Positions 29,736-40,513 of a stretch of 64,000 nt of DNA are shown in pieces; position 1 is the stretch's first letter; every line of letters starts with the position of its first letter. Made by a program: the position numbers and the translations under genes. Origin of the DNA: a phage; assembly GCA_024672315.1 (NCBI GenBank), contig GCA_024672315.1_4714.1; one strand, given 5' to 3'. Below the pieces are notes generated by a model that did no database searches, was not told where the DNA came from, and saw only the letters and a program-made list of their open reading frames with translations.

Positions 29736-29765
29736 AGTCTCCCCGCCTATATTAACGGGGAGTCT
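29736..29765 (-). terminator. hairpin downstream of the terminase gene
   Basis: AGTCTCCCCG-(loop CCTATATTAA)-CGGGGAGTCT with one mismatch; lies between the terminase stop (29777) and the next start. Confidence 0.4.
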
Positions 29766-29776
29766 GCAGACTACTC

Positions 29777-32008
29777 TTAGAAAAAACCGCCCGGACGGTA
29801 TTGACCCATCGTCATCCACGCATTACGAGAAATATTCCGTTCATTCGAAGAGCGGCTTATTTGACGATAAGTATTCGCTCGTTCCTCCCTTGCTTTCGTG
29901 ATCATCGCATCAATAGAAACAGCCGCTGAATCCTCCCCACGTATTTTTCCTTTATACGTAAGAAGCTCTGCCTCCAATCGATCCAAGATAAGGCCGTTGG
30001 TTTCGGTCTTAAGCAACTCATAAATTTCAGCAACGCGCTGACGTAGCTTCGCTTGCTGTTGGTTAAGATACGCTTCATACGGATCGATTTCACCCGTCAC
30101 AGATGCCGGTAAACGACTCATGACTTTAAGCGGATCGATACCGTAATGAATCTGTTTCTTAGCACGCTTGATGAACCACATCGCTAACATCCAGGCGAAC
30201 GTCATGTCATCATGCATTCCATCCTGGTGATCGACACGCCCATCTTTGATAACCAATCCAAGGATCTCGGAACACAACATCTTGTCGCGTAATTGCCCGC
30301 GAGTTTCTACAATACCTTCCATCAAGATGTCGGAATACAACTCCATACGTTTGCGTGCATCCGTTGTGAAGCCCAAATGCCGTTTACGTTGAGCGTACCA
30401 ACTTTCATCACGCATGCTCAATGGCAGTTTCAGGTCTTCGAACATCGCTGGGTTATCAGCATGTCTGTCCACAATCGTGTTGTATACACGTTTGAACACG
30501 TCGATGCCCGCTTGTCTCAGGAACTCTTCAATTGCGTCTAACAACATGATTGCACTGCTTTTACGTTCAGGAATCAACGTAACGTTCTTAAAACGCATCA
30601 TGAAGTTGGCCATCCAACGAGCAAAAGAAAGCAGGCTCAGTTTATTAAAACGTCCTGTCGCAACAACTTCTGCTGTTTCCACATCCACCATCACCAAACC
30701 GATAGCGTCACGACCTATCGCATCACTGGTATCTAAACCAGCAACCACCTTATTGTTCTGCATGTATGTCTCGATTTGACCTCGAGGTATATACCAGTTA
30801 ATGCAGTAGCCTTCAGGTGAGATCTCGATATGGTCGATTTCACGTTGTCCCGCCATGATCATCTCAACCATCTCAGCGGTTAACGGACTTTCTGCTGAAC
30901 CGTTGGTCCAAATGTTCATGTAGTCGCGGTCTTTCTGAAGTTTATCACCTTCCGTTTCGTTCATGGTTTTTGCTAACCATTCGTCACTGAAGCCCAGCTG
31001 AGCATGGTTCCATTGTGCCCCGATCCTGACGGTCGCTTTGCTGAGCTCGCACGGTACGTTGTTCAATACCGTCTGATGCAGATGCTTTTCGTTACGGCAG
31101 TCAAAGAAACTTTCAGAGAACGGCGCTGAACGCATGAAAACTTCATAAGCCCATTTACCTTCACGTTTATCCAATTCACCTGCCGTTGTCGTATAGATGA
31201 TACTTGTCAGGTCGCCGTTGCTTAATGCTTCGTCACGTGCTGCACCCATCGCACCGATACCAGCAGGAACAATGATTTCGATGTATTTCGTAAACGCGGT
31301 TTCGTCGCTGTGGAATAGCGGGGTTGTTAGACCACGACCGATGTTTGTTGCTTGTTTCTTATCCGAACGCGGAATCTTTACCGATAACTTGTTCTTAAAC
31401 CGCGTGTAGGTTACGTTCTCTTTGTTCGATGAATCGCGACTATCCAGCGTCCAGAGATATGCAGGCAACAGATCGCGTATACTACGCACGTCTTCTACCG
31501 TTTTCGTACGGGCATCACCGTCTTTTGTTAACTGAATAACCTCGGTGTTTCGACTACGAACATAGGTTAGATAACAGAACAATCCTAACATGGTCATGGA
31601 TTTACCGGTCTGACGTATCTGTATCTGATACCAGTTCGTTCGGGTAAATATCCCCCAAAGCATCGGAATGTTACCACGGTTAGCACGGAATGAAATTTTG
31701 TTATCGCCCGCTTTAGCCGGAACACGCATCACTTCACGGAAGAAGTACCACGGATTAAGATAGCATTCCGCACTGATCATCTGAATCTGTTCTGACGTCA
31801 AATTCGGTGCGTGGGGATCAACGCCAATCAATCTTGGGTTTAATAACGCCATGAAAAACGCAGAGTTCCGGACACCGAATTCACGACGATACAAGATCGC
31901 TAAATCACGCCAACTTGTGTTTGTTGTTTCCCAGTGTGGAACAGCCTGAGGAAAATAATCCCAATCTTCCTCAAACAGGATGATTTTCTTCGGATCAACA
32001 ATCGACAT
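29777..32008 (-). CDS. terL: terminase large subunit
   Basis: 743 aa; Walker A-like IRQTGKSMT in the N-terminal half; nuclease-like acidic motifs AGLDTSDAIGRDAIGLVMVDV and HQDGMHDDMTFAW in the C-terminal half; GGAGGAG RBS. Confidence 0.7.
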   Translation of the reverse strand: MSIVDPKKIILFEEDWDYFPQAVPHWETTNTSWRDLAILYRREFGVRNSAFFMALLNPRLIGVDPHAPNLTSEQIQMISAECYLNPWYFFREVMRVPAKAGDNKISFRANRGNIPMLWGIFTRTNWYQIQIRQTGKSMTMLGLFCYLTYVRSRNTEVIQLTKDGDARTKTVEDVRSIRDLLPAYLWTLDSRDSSNKENVTYTRFKNKLSVKIPRSDKKQATNIGRGLTTPLFHSDETAFTKYIEIIVPAGIGAMGAARDEALSNGDLTSIIYTTTAGELDKREGKWAYEVFMRSAPFSESFFDCRNEKHLHQTVLNNVPCELSKATVRIGAQWNHAQLGFSDEWLAKTMNETEGDKLQKDRDYMNIWTNGSAESPLTAEMVEMIMAGQREIDHIEISPEGYCINWYIPRGQIETYMQNNKVVAGLDTSDAIGRDAIGLVMVDVETAEVVATGRFNKLSLLSFARWMANFMMRFKNVTLIPERKSSAIMLLDAIEEFLRQAGIDVFKRVYNTIVDRHADNPAMFEDLKLPLSMRDESWYAQRKRHLGFTTDARKRMELYSDILMEGIVETRGQLRDKMLCSEILGLVIKDGRVDHQDGMHDDMTFAWMLAMWFIKRAKKQIHYGIDPLKVMSRLPASVTGEIDPYEAYLNQQQAKLRQRVAEIYELLKTETNGLILDRLEAELLTYKGKIRGEDSAAVSIDAMITKAREERANTYRQISRSSNERNISRNAWMTMGQYRPGGFF

Positions 32009-32019
32009 ATAAACTCCTC

Positions 32020-32048
32020 CGATGGAGGGTGCCCAGCACCCTCCATCG
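32020..32048 (-). terminator. GC-rich hairpin abutting the terminase RBS
   Basis: CGATGGAGGGTG-cccag-CACCCTCCATCG perfect 12-bp stem; its 3' arm ends immediately before the GGAGGAG of the terminase gene. Confidence 0.45.
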
Positions 32049-32058
32049 TTGTATTACC

Positions 32059-33798
32059 TTATGCGACTTTACTAATAACGACTGCTGTGATACCGAGATG
32101 TAGGTCGACGCCATTCTGTACTTTAATCCAACGGATATACAGGTTAGCGTTATCCTGTCCCGTACCACCTGGGACGTTATTGTTCCTATTCCATTGCGAG
32201 ATTTCGAAACGTTTCTGCACGTTAGGACCAACCATGATTTCAAAGTGGGTCGGTTCTGGTGCTTTCGATTCCGTTTTCTCAAGATAGAGCGGATGCGTCG
32301 GGTAGTAAAGCTGCTTCAACCATTCACCCAGATCTGAGTGTTTGTTCGTCAAGTCAACATACGCGTTACCAGCAACATCGTAAGTAAACAACGCTTTCGT
32401 GTTACGACCGTACACATCCGTTGTCGTCGGCGTTGTTTGCGAGCTGAACGTTACTGTCCAGTAGTCACCGGATGTTGCCGAACCTGCTTGCAGTAGCGTC
32501 ATTCGAATAGTCTGCGTATGACGTACGCGCTTGTAAACGGTAGGATCGACTTCATCTAACCAGATGTTGTACGCAAATTCCTGAGGTTGTCCGTATTTCT
32601 TCGGATTAAACTCAGGACTGTTCAGTGCCAATTGTACTTTATCGGTTACGTTGTAGTATCGCTCACGGTCAACGTTGTACAACCAGAATACCAGCTCATA
32701 TCCCACCGCATCAGATACCCATTGCGGATAGCAGAACAGTTTAACACTGTATGCCCCTTTCGCTTCTTTAGAAACAACGGTATAAGGGACACTAATATGT
32801 TTCACTGCACCAGGTAACGCGTAGGACGTGTCCTCATCGTCGTCCAGGTAGTAGTGTAACGCCAGCGGATGTTTGCTGTTGATGACCTGGGACGTGAAGA
32901 CGTTAAGGCCGTCCAACACAACCTTGTTACCAGTAACCGGCCATTGTTTAATGGAGCCGTCACTGTAGGTGACTTCAGCCTGAAGGTCAACGGAGTCCAG
33001 GTTGACGTTGATCGGTAACTCGAGTAGTTTGGTATCGCTGCTGCTCAACCACGTTGACTTCAGTCGTACCCCGTCTTCCAGAATATATTTAATACCCTGG
33101 TCTGGGGTGCGTACATAGTCAGTGATACGAACGATCATGCGTTTCATGGATAGCGGCTGCGGACCGTCACCATAACCTACTACCATCACCTGCTCAAAAT
33201 CTTCGACCGGCTTGATGCAGTAACCTTCGCGGGGTGCCCAGATAGCTTTATTCGTTCCGTCTTTGTAAGCGATAAGCTGGCACGGAATGAAATCGCTAAT
33301 CTTATTCCCGCTGTTATCATACATCGCACTGATGATTTCGCCTTTGGCGCTAATATCAGAACCGCGGAACACCGCGATACGTCGAATATCCGAGCCGTGT
33401 AGATGGAAACGACGATCGATGTTCATTGTAGCAGGGATCGTGTTCGTATTAATCAATACACGCCATGTGTCGTATGACCACGTAGGATCAATACCTTCGA
33501 AGGTTGTCGTCCCATCACCCTGGCCGTCGAACGGAGCAGACAGCTGACCGATAAGTTTAAGGGTACTTAGTTTAGTGCGATCGTCTACGGCGATAACGCG
33601 GTACACCGCATTCGTATCCCAGTCTTCAACTTTATCATCCACGTTGGGAACGTAAAGTTTCCAGTCTTCTTCAACGCCATTATAGATCTCTTTATACGCA
33701 TAGGTGGTATAGCGTCTGTCGAGATCCTGAATAGCGAGTTTATCCGGATGCTGTTGTGCATAAAGCACCGGATTGGTAATCTCTCTTCCCATTATCAC
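32059..33798 (-). CDS. hypothetical protein, probable virion structural protein
   Basis: 579-aa ORF between terminase and tail genes; start overlaps the upstream stop (ATGA). Confidence 0.5.
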   Translation of the reverse strand: MIMGREITNPVLYAQQHPDKLAIQDLDRRYTTYAYKEIYNGVEEDWKLYVPNVDDKVEDWDTNAVYRVIAVDDRTKLSTLKLIGQLSAPFDGQGDGTTTFEGIDPTWSYDTWRVLINTNTIPATMNIDRRFHLHGSDIRRIAVFRGSDISAKGEIISAMYDNSGNKISDFIPCQLIAYKDGTNKAIWAPREGYCIKPVEDFEQVMVVGYGDGPQPLSMKRMIVRITDYVRTPDQGIKYILEDGVRLKSTWLSSSDTKLLELPINVNLDSVDLQAEVTYSDGSIKQWPVTGNKVVLDGLNVFTSQVINSKHPLALHYYLDDDEDTSYALPGAVKHISVPYTVVSKEAKGAYSVKLFCYPQWVSDAVGYELVFWLYNVDRERYYNVTDKVQLALNSPEFNPKKYGQPQEFAYNIWLDEVDPTVYKRVRHTQTIRMTLLQAGSATSGDYWTVTFSSQTTPTTTDVYGRNTKALFTYDVAGNAYVDLTNKHSDLGEWLKQLYYPTHPLYLEKTESKAPEPTHFEIMVGPNVQKRFEISQWNRNNNVPGGTGQDNANLYIRWIKVQNGVDLHLGITAVVISKVA

Positions 33799-36389
33799 TC
33801 ACCTTTGATTGTGTAAAACTTCGTGAAGTCCACGCGATCTTTCAAGAACTCACGACTGACGCGTTCTAAGAACCGCAGTTGTTTAACCGTAACTTCAAGC
33901 GGCGTCCAACTGTCGTGTGGATGAATAGAGACCATCCGCCAATCGTAATTACGTAACGCAGGATCGTAGTCATAGAACCATTTATACGGCTCCATGAAAT
34001 CCATCAGTTTAACGTCCTGCATGTCAGGATCGGGATCGATAACACCATTGATAAGATCGTACGTTACCGCCATCAACGTTGGGCTGATAAGCTGGTATTT
34101 GTTTTCAATCGTTACCGGCGTATCGTACTTCACACGAGGGAAATACAAGGACATATAGTCTTCAACGCGTTTATCGGTTTCAAGACTTTTGTCGCGTAGA
34201 TAATACGTGTCTGTGTTCACGAGACCGCGGATAGGGGCAATAACGTGGTAAATCGCATAAGGTACCCCATCGTTGACTTTGATGTCGGCAGGGTATTGCG
34301 TGTCCTCTGCGGTAACCACTTCGCTACGATCGTAAATACGTCCACCAACCACAATACGAACAACGTGATCGTCACGAACATTAAACACATCGTCGTAAGA
34401 AAGCTGATTATGCATCGTCCAACCGGTATCGTAAACGGTTTCACCGGTTAAGTCCGTACGCGGAAAACCGGTGCATCTCACGGTAACCGTGTGTGTGTTC
34501 CCTTCACTGAAATAACGTTTCGCGTTGATCACGATCGTTGGCCATTTTACGATATAGTCGATATCGCGTACCAAGCTGTAGCTTTTGGTTGCTCGCTCGT
34601 CACCTAACCACACTTCGATTTGACCAGGTTCGAAAGGCAGCGGATATTCAACATCAATACCTGTCGTAACATCCAACCATACGGTGTGGTTACGATGTTG
34701 TACTGTGGTCTTATACGCTAAGAAGTAGGTGTCGAACAATACTAAACCGGTTTGCTTTCTTCCATCCAACGACCATTTTATCACCCCGTTCTCTTCCGTT
34801 ACCACAGAAGCATCGTCGGTAACATCCTTCCATGTGTTCGCAACAGGTTGTCCGTTACGAAGGTTTACGCTATAGCAACGGTAGCTTGCCCATTCACGGA
34901 TTGGGACGTCGGCAACACCCATTACGTAATCAAGCGTTCTCCCACCAACACCCGATCGACCCTCAACATAGGACGTGGTTTCATATTGCGGATAAAAATG
35001 TCGACCTGCCGGATGTTGCGTGATACCCAATAATAGACCGTCACTGTCGTACTCGAAAAACGTCGCATTTGCACGCAAACCCCACGGTACTTCAGCAGTA
35101 GGTGTACCCATATCGTCAGTAACGCGTTGTGGACTATCTGCAACCAGTTTCGCCATCGCGTTATACCCGTAAGCGGAGGTCACCATGTCGATCGTGATAT
35201 TGCTTTCCTTATTACGCATGATGCGTGTATAATCACTGGCTTCAAGCGTACGTGCAAAGAACTCAGGTATATTAGCGTTCTGTTCTAACATCGCACCGAC
35301 GATGACGTCGTCTGGAAGTTTATACAACTCGTGGATGCGGTTATGTTCAAAGGTTAACTGCGTTTTCAAACCGCTATCACGGACAACCACTTCCAGGGTT
35401 AAATCACGAAGCGATTCTGCGCCATCAATCCGTTCAACGAAGTAGCTGACATAATCAACAGGAATCCCGTAATCACGATGCGTGAGCATGCGGATACTAT
35501 TTTCCTGGTTGGTGTGGTAATAACGTCCTTTTCCGTTAGGGCCTTTCACGTAGATATCAACGTCATCACGATACCGGATCTTGGTATCCACTTCATCTTT
35601 CGGTGGATGAATAAGATACTTCACTTTTTTGTCCAGATCGCTATTGTACGTTTTAAGATCTTCTACACGGAAGCTGTACCGATGAACAACCGTACCGTCA
35701 TAGACGACCTGAATGCTATCACCAATCTTAAAACTTGACGGCGGAATGTCTTCAACCGCTTCACCGTTGATGCTGCAGTGCGTCCAGCCGATACCGGTTT
35801 CCTGGATCTTTTTACGCCAGGCGTATAGCTGGCGCTGCCACTGCAGAACCTGTGTCGAGCTGGTTACGATCCCCCCAAGGACATGCACTTCACGCCCCGT
35901 CGGTTTCGTGTATGATGGATAGCCTTCCGCGAAGTCAGCGTTGAGATAAGTGCGCCAGTAATAATCACCAACGCCAAGGTCAGCGATATTCGGTTGGTCT
36001 AGCACACAGACCAGCATCGTTTCGTTTTCCAGATTACCCGTCCACGTTAATGTCAACGGGAATTCTTTACCGTCCTCGGTATAGATATTGTAATACGATC
36101 CCTTCACTTCACAGAACTTGCTGAGTTCTCGCCACCACAACCGCCCAGCCCCGACATTAAAATCCTCTCCCATATGTCGTCCAATAACAAACACATGGAA
36201 CGTATTCGTATCGTCAGGAAGATTGAATGTACGATGCCAAGCCGTAAAGTTTTTTACTGCGCCGGTCTTTCCGGTAATACGACGCATCTTGATACGATGC
36301 TGGTTGTCCATTAATGGACGACAGTTCACATTCAGCGCAGCATGATTTATCAAGTATTGCGCTGTAGGATTAGAAGCGTTCAACACCAC
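33795..36389 (-). CDS. hypothetical protein, probable virion structural protein
   Basis: 864-aa ORF in the terminase-to-sheath interval. Confidence 0.5.
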   Translation of the reverse strand: MVLNASNPTAQYLINHAALNVNCRPLMDNQHRIKMRRITGKTGAVKNFTAWHRTFNLPDDTNTFHVFVIGRHMGEDFNVGAGRLWWRELSKFCEVKGSYYNIYTEDGKEFPLTLTWTGNLENETMLVCVLDQPNIADLGVGDYYWRTYLNADFAEGYPSYTKPTGREVHVLGGIVTSSTQVLQWQRQLYAWRKKIQETGIGWTHCSINGEAVEDIPPSSFKIGDSIQVVYDGTVVHRYSFRVEDLKTYNSDLDKKVKYLIHPPKDEVDTKIRYRDDVDIYVKGPNGKGRYYHTNQENSIRMLTHRDYGIPVDYVSYFVERIDGAESLRDLTLEVVVRDSGLKTQLTFEHNRIHELYKLPDDVIVGAMLEQNANIPEFFARTLEASDYTRIMRNKESNITIDMVTSAYGYNAMAKLVADSPQRVTDDMGTPTAEVPWGLRANATFFEYDSDGLLLGITQHPAGRHFYPQYETTSYVEGRSGVGGRTLDYVMGVADVPIREWASYRCYSVNLRNGQPVANTWKDVTDDASVVTEENGVIKWSLDGRKQTGLVLFDTYFLAYKTTVQHRNHTVWLDVTTGIDVEYPLPFEPGQIEVWLGDERATKSYSLVRDIDYIVKWPTIVINAKRYFSEGNTHTVTVRCTGFPRTDLTGETVYDTGWTMHNQLSYDDVFNVRDDHVVRIVVGGRIYDRSEVVTAEDTQYPADIKVNDGVPYAIYHVIAPIRGLVNTDTYYLRDKSLETDKRVEDYMSLYFPRVKYDTPVTIENKYQLISPTLMAVTYDLINGVIDPDPDMQDVKLMDFMEPYKWFYDYDPALRNYDWRMVSIHPHDSWTPLEVTVKQLRFLERVSREFLKDRVDFTKFYTIKGE

Positions 36390-37317
36390 GGCATGCCTCC
36401 AGGAGGTATTTCATGTTGGCTTGGAAATCATTGACGTCACGCGCCATACGACGCTGATCCGCCATGAGACGAGCCAACACGGTATCACGGTAACCACGAT
36501 CGTGGTCGGCAGCAGAGCATAAAAGAATAAATGTTGGTGGATGCTCTAAAGCAATCCCAGCAACTTCTTTACTATAACCCCCAACCCAGCTGTAAGCGGT
36601 GATTTCAAACAACAACGCTTGGGTTAACGTGTTCAAACGGGGACTAATATTACTTTCTTTTAATGCTGTTACGAAAGCTGCCATGTTAGGGATATAACCA
36701 AGGTTTTCGGTTACGATACCGATGCTCGCAAAATCGTAACGAAGCGTTGTCTGGATGGTGCGCACCATAGTTAGTCTTTCATTATTTGTAAGGCTATCTT
36801 TAAACAGGCAAAGATAATACCATGCTGTTATGATGGCAACATCACGACGTTGTTGAAGGTCCAACCCTAAACGCTGTGTGATTTGTCCGCTAATCCAATC
36901 ACAAAAGACACGCATCGGGATAGGGCCAAGACGTTCAAAAGGACGTGTGCCCAAGGATTCCCATCCTACCTGAAGATACGCACGTGATTGAAGAAAGTTA
37001 TATTCACGTTCGTTAACAACGGTAGTACGCGATCCTGGGCGTGAAGTATCTGTTGGGGTGCGCGCGTAGGCGCGTTGGTCGATAACAACGCGCTGTCCGT
37101 CCATCACTGTTTTAATAACCAACGGATGGCCGAAAGAAGGGATATCGTCCAACGTATTTTTGTTGCCGATGACTTCGAGAACGGGAGTGTTTACGCCACT
37201 TTCTTCACCGGGTGCACTTAACAATCCGCCGACGTAAGCAACTTCGATAGCGGTTCGGATACGGTCAATGCCTTTTAGTTTTGTTCCAACAGTTGTGTCG
37301 TAAGGAGAGATGAACAT
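36370..37317 (-). CDS. hypothetical protein
   Basis: 315-aa ORF divergent from the sheath gene. Confidence 0.5.
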   Translation of the reverse strand: MFISPYDTTVGTKLKGIDRIRTAIEVAYVGGLLSAPGEESGVNTPVLEVIGNKNTLDDIPSFGHPLVIKTVMDGQRVVIDQRAYARTPTDTSRPGSRTTVVNEREYNFLQSRAYLQVGWESLGTRPFERLGPIPMRVFCDWISGQITQRLGLDLQQRRDVAIITAWYYLCLFKDSLTNNERLTMVRTIQTTLRYDFASIGIVTENLGYIPNMAAFVTALKESNISPRLNTLTQALLFEITAYSWVGGYSKEVAGIALEHPPTFILLCSAADHDRGYRDTVLARLMADQRRMARDVNDFQANMKYLLEACRGVERF

Positions 37318-37460
37318 ATGTAATTCCTTTATTACGGCATATAAGAAAACGGGTTAAGCACACAGATTTACGCATAATTGTAATATTTTACGTTATGCCT
37401 ATGACATTGTGTCACGTGTGCAATTATGTCATACAATTTCCTTAAATTAAGGAGAGTTCC

Positions 37461-39533
37461 ATGAGGCTTAAGAATAGCACGCCTCGCGCGATTTTTACGG
37501 GCTTTAAAGAGGGTCTTACCACGGATCCGGTTACAGCCCCAGAGATCACGCCCATTCACCTCCCGTATGTTTTCATTCAGGGTGGTCGTGGTAAAGAGGA
37601 CACCTTGCTGTTAACAGGGGACGCCCTGTCTACAGTCTATGGTGAAGATATGCTGAACTACCGCAGTAAGTACGCTTCTCCGGCAACACTGATTGCTCGC
37701 CAGGCGGCTTCTACAGGTAGCGCGATCTTCACAAAACGTTTGGTTGCGCCGGATGCAACGGCAGCACGCATCCGTATCGGTGTTGAAGTGGTCGCCGATA
37801 AACTGGTCGTTTACCAGCGTAACGCTGACGGGTCCTTTATGAAGGACACCGATGGCAACAAAATCCCTGACGGCGATAAAACCGTTGACGGGGTGAAAAT
37901 GCGTTGGATTGTTAACCACGACAAAGATGCCGTAGCGCCTAACGCCTTCGGTAAAGATGAAGTGGTTATCGGACAAATGACCGCAGCTGATGGTACCCAG
38001 AGCAACTACTATCCTATTCTGGATGGAATGGTGAGCTGGCGTGGTGCTGAAGGGGACAACATCGGCTTACGTCTGGAAGCACCGACCGCGCTGAGCAGCA
38101 ACCCTACCCGTACCGATATCATCGAACGCATCGGTGCTTTCCTGTACCGCATTCAGTTCGTGGAACGTAAGTCTTCACGTACTGCGCCGACGGTCATTCG
38201 TACGATCAGCGGCATGGAACAAGAAACCTTCGCGTTGCAGGAAGGTGTTATCCAGCCTGATGACGAAACCGATCTGTCCTTCGGTAAAGTGGTCGTTGAT
38301 GCCTACGAGTATAATGAGACGGGTAACACCCCGATCTTTGCTCCGATGGATCAGATGCATCTTTATCAGAAGAACATCGATGAAGTCGTCAAGAAGCTGT
38401 ACGAATCTGAAAGCAAAGTTAACAAAGATCTGTTAACCGACGTTGAATTCGTCGAAGGTCAGATGAACATCTTCACCGGTGTCGATTACAACGGCATCCC
38501 TTATCAAACCATCGAAGTTCTCGATGCGGATCAGGGCGGCGTCATCTTTGATGGTACCAGCACCTTCTACGCAATTGATGGTAGCGACGGTGACGTTGAC
38601 TGGGATACCTTCGACGCGTTAGCGAAACAGCAGTTCGAATCGTTCGGCAGAATGGGCGAAGATCTGGAAGACATGGCTTTCTATCCGTTCTCCATCGTGT
38701 ATGACATTGGTTACAAAGTCGACACGAAGAAAGCGATGGCAAACGTCTTGTCTCTGCGTCCGGATGTCATGATCATTGCGTCAACCCATACCTGGAAGGG
38801 TGTGGAACTGAATGTCGATGAAGAAAGCTCCATGGGCGCAATGCTGCGTAACTACTATCGTCTGCATCCAGAAAGCGTGCTTTACAATACCCCAGCTTGC
38901 CGTGCTGCTGTATTCATGCAATACGGTGAAAGCATCGAAGCACCAAGCCTGGGTAAAGTTCCGTTGACGCTGGAAGTTGCTAATAAACTGGCAACTTACA
39001 TGGGTGCTTCGGATGGTGTTATCCGTGGTACCCGCATCGATAACAACCCTGGTAACGTTGTCACAACGATGCGTAAAATCAACAAGACGTATCGTAACGC
39101 AACGGTCCGTGATCGTGATTGGGAAAACGGCTTGAACTATGTTCAGACCTACAACCGTAATTCCAACTTCTTCCCGGCTTGGGGTACGATCTACAATAAC
39201 GACCGTTCGGTATGGCGTTCGTTGATCAACGTGATCATCGGTTGCGATCTGACTCGTGTCTGCTATCGTCTCTGGGCAGAAACCACCGGTACTACAGGAA
39301 TGGATGAAACGCTGTTCCTGAAACTGATGGGCGAACGCTTCCTGGAATACACCACGGGCCGTTACAACGACCACGTGACTGTTAAGGGACGTTTCTACCT
39401 GGATAAAGAAGACGGTTATAACGGCTTCAGCTATCACGGCGATATCAGCCTGATCGGCGATCCAGGCATGACCGTGGGTACGTTTACCATCACCGGGCTG
39501 CGTCGTAACACCGAAGCAGCAGAAGCGGCGTAA
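37461..39533 (+). CDS. putative contractile tail sheath protein
   Basis: 690 aa, the size of phiKZ-type sheath proteins; AAGGAGAG RBS; biased codon usage; immediately followed by a ~300-aa gene. Call is by size and gene order. Confidence 0.55.
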   Translation: MRLKNSTPRAIFTGFKEGLTTDPVTAPEITPIHLPYVFIQGGRGKEDTLLLTGDALSTVYGEDMLNYRSKYASPATLIARQAASTGSAIFTKRLVAPDATAARIRIGVEVVADKLVVYQRNADGSFMKDTDGNKIPDGDKTVDGVKMRWIVNHDKDAVAPNAFGKDEVVIGQMTAADGTQSNYYPILDGMVSWRGAEGDNIGLRLEAPTALSSNPTRTDIIERIGAFLYRIQFVERKSSRTAPTVIRTISGMEQETFALQEGVIQPDDETDLSFGKVVVDAYEYNETGNTPIFAPMDQMHLYQKNIDEVVKKLYESESKVNKDLLTDVEFVEGQMNIFTGVDYNGIPYQTIEVLDADQGGVIFDGTSTFYAIDGSDGDVDWDTFDALAKQQFESFGRMGEDLEDMAFYPFSIVYDIGYKVDTKKAMANVLSLRPDVMIIASTHTWKGVELNVDEESSMGAMLRNYYRLHPESVLYNTPACRAAVFMQYGESIEAPSLGKVPLTLEVANKLATYMGASDGVIRGTRIDNNPGNVVTTMRKINKTYRNATVRDRDWENGLNYVQTYNRNSNFFPAWGTIYNNDRSVWRSLINVIIGCDLTRVCYRLWAETTGTTGMDETLFLKLMGERFLEYTTGRYNDHVTVKGRFYLDKEDGYNGFSYHGDISLIGDPGMTVGTFTITGLRRNTEAAEAA

Positions 39534-39548
39534 TGAGAGGAGTCCATA

Positions 39549-40439
39549 ATGCGTCCTGATAATACCCTACTCGGTGAACAGGGTGTTGGTGCTCTTAGCA
39601 ACGCGGCTATGGTCGATATTCGTGCGGGTGCCCAAAACGGGTACATCAGCAATATCGGTACGTACGTTGCTAACGCCAACTACATTCCGAACCAAATGTT
39701 CTGTCTCCTGCTGGAGGCACCACGTGGTTTCAACTATCTGCCTAACCCGGATGTACAGATTGGTTATCTGAAGGCGTTGGTAGAAGAAGTTGCGCATTCG
39801 ATTACCGGTCTGCAACGCGGATTGGAAGTTGAATTCGTTAGCGTCCCGGTTTCTGGTTCCGGTGAAATCCAGGAAGAAGTCTCTGACGTTAAACGTCCTC
39901 GCTCTAACCCGACTTTCGGGATCTATGAGAAAGAAGGTCGTTCCGTTAGCTACTTCCTGGAACAATGGATCACGTATCTGTTGATGGATCCGGATGCCAA
40001 ATATCCGATGTTGTCGTCTATCGTATCCACCGGTGGTCCAACCGACCTGCTGGCGGATTATCGTAGCGCAACAATGCTGTTCGTTGAGCCAGACCGTCAA
40101 CACAAGAAAGTGGTTAACGCCTGGCTGTGCACGAACATGATGCCTCACGGTACCGGTGACTGGACATCACGTCGTAACAAGAACGATGCGCCAAACGTGG
40201 TAGAATTGAGCATTCAGTTCACCGCGTTAACACAGACCAACTACGGCGTGCGTGCTTTTGCACAACGTCTGCTGGATAAGATGAACCTGCTTAAAGTGAA
40301 CCCGGATTTCCGTCCGGCTTATCTGAGCGACATCGATCCGGCTGTGGCAGCGCAGAAGGTTGGCTACACCTTCGACTTTGATAACAACGATACCTTTGAG
40401 GTACCGAATACTTATCAAAACGTAACACCTCGCGTGTAA
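39549..40439 (+). CDS. putative tail tube protein
   Basis: 296 aa directly downstream of the sheath candidate with GAGAGGAG RBS; followed by a strong hairpin. Confidence 0.45.
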   Translation: MRPDNTLLGEQGVGALSNAAMVDIRAGAQNGYISNIGTYVANANYIPNQMFCLLLEAPRGFNYLPNPDVQIGYLKALVEEVAHSITGLQRGLEVEFVSVPVSGSGEIQEEVSDVKRPRSNPTFGIYEKEGRSVSYFLEQWITYLLMDPDAKYPMLSSIVSTGGPTDLLADYRSATMLFVEPDRQHKKVVNAWLCTNMMPHGTGDWTSRRNKNDAPNVVELSIQFTALTQTNYGVRAFAQRLLDKMNLLKVNPDFRPAYLSDIDPAVAAQKVGYTFDFDNNDTFEVPNTYQNVTPRV

Positions 40440-40465
40440 CGTAAAAAAAAAGCATATTAACCTCC

Positions 40466-40500
40466 CTTCCTTCCCTAGCCGTCAAGGCCGGGGAAGGAAG
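40466..40500. terminator. bidirectional intrinsic terminator
   Basis: CTTCCTTCCC-(15-nt loop)-GGGAAGGAAG perfect 10-bp stem; T-rich run follows on the plus strand (GTTTATGGTTTATTT) and a T9 run on the minus strand; lies between convergent genes. Confidence 0.6.
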
Positions 40501-40513
40501 GTTTATGGTTTAT

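Noticed and set aside
29745-29755. Plus-strand TATATTAAC as an early promoter
   Set aside because: It is on the plus strand in a region where both flanking genes are minus-strand, and it forms the loop of a hairpin.
37368-37559. 63-aa minus-strand ORF overlapping the sheath gene start
   Set aside because: Antisense to the sheath RBS and start codon; no RBS of its own.
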